A stretch of 54,431 bases of DNA, filler included, from Diploschistes diacapsis (Eukaryota): the NCBI GenBank assembly GCA_023645945.1. It is 5 parts of 5 records of this genome, joined end to end, with 100 filler letters (N's around TTAATTAATTAA, not from the genome) between each part and the next. Parts side by side here need not be neighbours in the genome. Positions count along the whole stretch, not along the records: positions 43,646 to 54,431 come from JALAIB010000890.1; 4 more parts are not named here. The stretch is one strand, 5' to 3'. The notes under the pieces were generated by a model. It had not been told where the DNA came from, did not search any database, and saw nothing but the letters and a program-made list of their open reading frames with translations. Each line of letters begins with the position of its first letter. Positions within the stretch are counted from its first letter, which is position 1. The translations under genes were made by a program, and so were the position numbers. Of this stretch, positions 49,160 through 54,431 are shown in pieces.

Positions 49160-50071
49160 ATGGCTACCAACAAGTCTGCAGTAGGCGAGGCCATCAGTGA
49201 GGTTGCCCATCAAGAAGGCGGTACCACGAAAGGTTAGCAAGTACCTGCTGGCTCAAGAGCCTGATAATCTCGGGTTTGACCCTAGTTTAGGCTCGACATC
49301 TGCGAAGATGCAGTCCGAAGCTACAAAAGCAATGAACCAAGGTGGAGGTGCCTCTACGGGTACCCAAGGCGTTGCAGGGCATACTATAAGCGAAACCATG
49401 AAGGCTGAAGGTGGCGGACCCACTCGAGGTATGGGAGAATTTTGAGACCCTACTATTGAGCATAGCTGATACATGTAGGCTCCGCTGCTGCTCAAATGCA
49501 ATCCAAAATCACCAAAGAACGAAACGCTGAAGCAGGTAAGACGGCAACCCTCATGGCATGATACCCTACCTCTACAATATCTTACATCTCCTGAACGACC
49601 CAGTGATCTATGGCTGACCATATGTCATTTACAGCTGAAGCTGAGATTGCTTCCAAGCTTGCCACCGCCCCCGAGACCGTCACCACCGAAGACGCTCGCT
49701 ACGTTAAATCTCGCGAATCTCGTGCACAGGGCGGAGGCCAACCGCCCAAGGGCAGCATCGGAGCTCAAGCCGAATCAGTTGCCGCTGCAAACGAAGCCGG
49801 CACTCGCTCACGGTACCATCCCGCGGGCACGGGCACCGGCGCAGCTGCTGGTGGCGTCCACTCTGCAACACAAAGCCAGCTCGACCGTGAAGCAAACTTT
49901 GTCGAGACGGCTGACAAGGTCGGAACAAAGATGGCGAATGGCCCTGGACACGTGACTCAGGAGGATGCCCACCGGCTGCATAGCCGTGAGGTCAGAGCCT
50001 TTGGTGGCGCCGAGAAAGGGGGTGTTGCTGCGCAGGCACAGAGCCAGGCGGGCAAGAATGAGCAAAAGTGA
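49160..50071 (+). CDS. SMP (seed maturation protein)/LEA-like hydrophilic stress protein, 4 exons
   Basis: Repeated motifs VTTEDARYVKSRESRAQGGGQPPKGSIGAQAESVAAANE and VTQEDAHRLHSREVRAFGGAEKGGVAAQAQSQA, typical of SMP domains. Introns ~49233-49290, ~49429-49478 and ~49536-49634 splice in frame. Confidence 0.82.
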
Positions 50072-50787
50072 GTTGGGGTGCATGGTGGTATCTCGAGGCG
50101 ATCGATCTGAGCAGCATTGCTTTTCTCATACTCTGACGTTGGGTTGTATTATTAGCTTTCGATTGCTAAGCATTTGAAAGGCTCATGGACAAGCGATGCT
50201 TGCAAATAGAAAAGGCGGCTTTTAGTAATCAAATATCATGGGTCTGCTCATGGAATTGTTACATTTCAGATACGAGGTCCTCGCGGTTCCCGTGAGTTGG
50301 TAAAACCCCACAACTCAACTCTGCATCACCTACCGACGTCTCGTCAGAAGCGGAAGTGTGCTCGGCAAGAGACTGGGTCCCCAGAATCATGGATCGATTA
50401 CTCCATCTAACTGCGGGCCGGTCCCTCCGGGAGGGTCTATGGCCTGCGGGGGGGCAAGGGTGCATTGCATCTTCTTCTGCACATTCATCCCCCTAGAGGT
50501 AGGTCACAAGGGTGGGAGGGAGGAAAGCAAAAAACAAAACTGGGTGGAAGCAGCTGCAAGGGGGCTGCTTGGCCAGCGAGGTTCATACTGTGCAGGCGGA
50601 AACGAATGCTCTTGATCCGGGGGCAAATCGGGCAAGTTGCGGGACGACATCAGGGGTGAAATGTGTTTTTGGTTAGATGATATGCCCGTAAAAAAAACTC
50701 CTCCTTGGGGGGGGGGGGGGGCTTTGGGAAGGGGAAATCAGCCACGCATAATAAGCATTTAATGACTTTATATTTTTTTCGAAGGGT

Positions 50788-50880
50788 AAGCCACACACAA
50801 GCCACACCACAACTTAGCCCCAAGCTAAACAAAGCCACACCACACTAGCGAAGCCATACAAGCCACACAAGCCACAGCCA
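50788..50880. repeat. Degenerate AAGCCACAC short repeat cluster
   Basis: About 6 copies of AAGCCA(C/T)AC within ~90 bp. Confidence 0.7.
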
Positions 50881-51228
50881 TTTAGTTATTTCAATATTGT
50901 TTCGATGATCGAAAAAACCGGGGTTAGCCCGGTTTAGGGATTAGGTGCAGGTTGGTTGCCCAAGCCTTGGGAGCGGAGGAAATATATTCCGGACGGGTGG
51001 GGGCGGCAGTCGTGTTCCGCCCCCCGCCAAGGTGGTCAGATAATATTATGAGTTTAGGAAGAGAAGAAGGACGTGGAGGGATTTTTTATTCAAGGCCCCG
51101 GTTGGTCGGGACATAAGTTGGATATAGACACACACAAGCCCCGAGACTGGGGGTTCTGGATTTCTTTTTAAATTTTTCCAGATGGAAGGAAATACTGTAG
51201 GATAATTGCCCCAGGGTCGGAGAAGGAA

Positions 51229-51262
51229 GTACCTACCCACCTACCTACCTACCTACCTACCT
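51229..51262. repeat. (CCTA)n microsatellite
   Basis: Seen directly. Confidence 0.85.
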
Positions 51263-51697
51263 GGTACAGGACTTGAGAGAGACGGGGGGGGAGTTTTGGC
51301 TGGCTGGTCCTGTCCCCTGAACATGTGAAGACGGACAGAAATAACCAAGTGCGGACTTGAAGCAACTTGTATGAGTACTATGTGATCAATTACACTATAG
51401 ACATATGATGGTTCGAGGATTGGGTTGGAGGATTTCCATGTGGCTTTTCCGTTGTGAGGGAGACATGCTGTGATGGATGTGAAGGCACGTGGAATTTTTG
51501 CTTGACGCTATAGCGGGTATGGATAGCAACATCTGAAGTCTTGCGAATCATGGAGGCTCTAGGTATTAAAAACGCATGAGCTGCTCCATGGGACGGTAAC
51601 CGGCTCGCTCAGGATATAGTTCGAGTTGCTGCGCAGGCACTTCGTAGACCCATCGGCCATCTCTCGACATCAACCTTGGTAATCCTGCGCCCACCTC

Positions 51698-53081
51698 TCA
51701 CCTTTCGCCGACCACCGTACCATTTTCCGCGCCGAGCCGACCACTCTCACCACCCACAGGATTCAGATTCTCAAAATCCTGCTCCGCCGTCTTATAATCG
51801 CCGCTCTGGTTCACAATGGCTGTCCAACCCTGACTCGACCTGCGCGTACTGCTAGGCAGCACCTTCAGACTCGTGCTACTGACAGCATCACCACCTCCTG
51901 TGGTGGCAGTATCGGCGCCCCTGAGCCTCTGGCCCAGGTACTGGTACAGCCGCGGGTAGACGGGGAAGCAGGCAACAAGCATGATGCTGGCGATTTCGGC
52001 GATGCCTGCGGCGCCGACCGGGACGAAGGCCCAAGTAAGATCCGACGTGTACAGGAGGGCGACGGCGTAATTGATGCGCAAGGCGCTTGCTATGCAGCCC
52101 CTGTTATGAGTCGTTAGTATTGGCTCAGAGGACACGGGAGCGTTTGGGGCAGGGTTGGAGGAGAGGCTACGGGCTTGGTTCCGTCGATGCCTTTGCAGAG
52201 TAGGATGGTACTTACAGTATTCCGGTGGTGAAGATTGCGTAGACGCCCGCTTTTCGCCGCGAGCCTACATTCAGCTGCAACGTACCGTAGAGGGGCAGAA
52301 TGAGCATGACGACATCAGAGCACAGGTTGAACACGGCGCTCACTAAGATTGCGGCTGTGCCGTTGATGCAGGTCCCTGGGATGGAACGCTGCCAGAACTT
52401 CTCGCGTGGATTGCAGGCCCATATTGCCACGGGAATATTTGAGAAGTAAAAGCCGACGTTGAGTACTCGGACGGCGATGATGCACCAGTATATGGGCGTC
52501 CTGTTTGTCGGAGCGAATATTCTCTGGAGCTGAAGCAATACCGATTCCTTGGAGAAGATCAGTAAGGGCGAGTATACGATTGTGGTGACATTCTGAAGCT
52601 ACACAGACGGTTATTGTATGCTCATAAAGTTAGGTAGGCCGGTATCTCCTTACCCATAGGAATCCAGACATCTGAGCCAAGCTCACGTTCCACTGGTGAC
52701 GTCCGGCAGTGTTAAGACTTGCGAGCGAGAGAACTATGAAGATGATGTAGCCTATCTGCGCCTATACATAAGACACTGGATGCCGGTGCTCTGGGGGCCC
52801 ATCATACCCATGCAAGGATCAGCACATCTGTTCGTCAGCGGCGAGAAACCCGAAGACCTGGAAGCGCCCATACAGTCTTCGTTTTCCATCCTCTTCATTA
52901 TCTTCAGCTTCGTAAAGAGCCGAGCCATCACTGCAAGAGTAGCCACTGCTAAAATGGCAATGGCCAATCTGTACGCCAAAGCCGCTTGGGAGTAGGGGTT
53001 CACAAAGTTAGGAGTGATTCCCGGCGGCGGTGCCAGGGCAGGTGTAGTATCGACATCAAGGGCCGTTATCTCGGATGCCAT
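51698..53081 (-). CDS. PTH11-like / fungal rhodopsin-domain integral membrane protein without a CFEM domain, multi-exon
   Basis: PALAPPPGITPNFVNP, ARLFTK, GRHQWNV, FSKESVLLQLQRIF, ACNPREKFW..IPGTC, NLCSDVVMLILPL, RRKAGVYAIFTTG, AEIASIMLVACFP; GT-AG introns lie between the exons. Confidence 0.9.
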
Positions 53082-54162
53082 TACTGAAAGCAAGCTCGAT
53101 CCGACGCAGCACGAAGGCTATTGCTGACTTCAATTGAATAGAGAACGACAGCGAGAAATGGGAGAGACAGCTTCGCGCCCTGGGGATAATGTAGAGAACG
53201 GAAGCAGACACTATCAAAGCCGATCTCTACCTGTTCCAGGAACGGTAACTTATGAGATACTGGTATTTGAATAGCACCATGAGAATTTGGTATCTCAATC
53301 TTACTCAGCTCTAATTTCCCAAACAATGGGACGGGTTGACTGCATCTTGGTGTCTCGAAAAGGTTGGGCATGGGTTGTGACCGGCGATGCGGCCCAAATT
53401 TGCCAAGATACGTGTGTCCGTCCCTCTGCACTTTTCTCATGGCCTTCATCCGAGACATTCGCTGATGAAGAGAGCTCTTCTCAGATCACAGATATTGTGT
53501 AGATTTGTGGGGCGAACGACTAACTGGAAGTCTGGGCTCTGGTTCCAAGTTCATTCTCATGCCAAGAAGCTTTACCTTATCCCGCTAACTCTAGGGGATC
53601 CGGGTTCTTTCCAATGCCATCAAATCGGGACATGAAACAGGGCTTCAGAGTTGCTTGTACCTTGGCCTAGAAATCGCTGAATATCACCGTAGATGTATGA
53701 TGCAGGTTTGAAGACGGGGTCCTTGCCAGCCACCTACCAGGAAGCTATCCGCGGAGAGAGTAGGAAGAAACGACAAAGAGCGGGGATTCGTGCCCACATC
53801 CCCATCCCACCAAGCTTTCAGTTGGAAACATCCAAGTAATGCTGTCGTCGACGCATCTGGTCAATACGGGGCTGAGAAGAACAGTCACCGGCCTTGGACT
53901 TGAGCTGCGATTGTGATAGGCTAGAAAGGAGGATACAGTGGATGAGGGAGAAGGAAGAAGCCTGTTCATGCGGGATCGGAAGAGGATAGTGTGTGAGACT
54001 GTGATGCGCCTTTTGCGTCAGTCACTATTTTTGTACCGACTTGTGTTGCAGAATTTGGCTCTATGAGGCCTTTCGTATATCAACCAAAACCGTTACTGGT
54101 ACACTTTATGATCATGACACATTAGTGCCTCTTCCTCCCTCGCCTCGCAAACCCAAACACCC

Positions 54163-54431
54163 TCAAAACGTCTTCCTCCTATATGCAAAATACGCCTTCC
54201 ACGGCAACCTCCATTCCCTCCTCCTCAGCTCCTCCCTAAAAACATCAAAATCCAGCCTTTGCAGACGATCCAACCACAACCTCGTCGCAACCCCCGGCAT
54301 AAACACCCCCCACGCCCTCTCCACCTCCTCCAACTGCCTCCTCACACCGTGCTCCTCCCTCCTATTGCCTTCCATCTCCCTCTCCCGCTCGTACGCCCCC
54401 GCATGCTCCTCCTCCCCCCCATACTCAAACT
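54163..54431 (-). CDS. NDUFAF6: C-terminal fragment of complex I assembly factor NDUFAF6 (squalene/phytoene synthase-like family)
   Basis: GVFMPGVATRLWLDRLQRLDFDVF...REWRLPWKAY matches the C-terminus of fungal NDUFAF6 as I recall it. The 5' part lies beyond the window. Confidence 0.8.
   Translation of the reverse strand, partial: FEYGGEEEHAGAYEREREMEGNRREEHGVRRQLEEVERAWGVFMPGVATRLWLDRLQRLDFDVFREELRRREWRLPWKAYFAYRRKTF

Noticed and set aside
1..54431. tRNA, rRNA, CRISPR arrays, prokaryotic defence systems or a secondary-metabolite cluster
   Set aside because: No cloverleaf, rRNA-like sequence, repeat-spacer array or PKS/NRPS backbone was seen by eye; the DNA is eukaryotic and the contigs are unlinked.

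Overview
This is intron-containing DNA from a filamentous ascomycete (Pezizomycotina-like gene content and GT..CTRAC..AG introns). It is not one locus. Five contigs of decreasing length (10826, 10819, 10801, 10799, 10786 bp) are joined by artificial 100-nt spacers (N44-TTAATTAATTAA-N44), so gene adjacency only means something within a contig. Contig 1 holds a RIP-degraded pogo/Fot1-type DNA transposon end and a 4-exon homeodomain transcription factor. Contig 2 holds a truncated RFC3, an orphan ORF and a PIN4/Cip2-like RRM+R3H protein. Contig 3 holds a highly divergent ~749-aa acetate-kinase-fold protein, a GH47 mannosidase, an ANT1-like carrier and an NmrA-like pseudogene. Contig 4 holds NUP37, VPS41 and an RMND1/MRX10-like gene. 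Contig 5 holds a Gly/Thr/Ser repeat protein next to an SMP/LEA-type gene, a PTH11-like membrane protein and the 3' end of NDUFAF6. The most unusual object is the intact acetate kinase homologue: it keeps the ATP/Mg-binding motifs, has lost key catalytic and acetate-pocket residues, and has gained an insertion and a long charged tail (candidate pseudoenzyme or sensor). Family assignments come from recognising motifs by eye; no searches were run.
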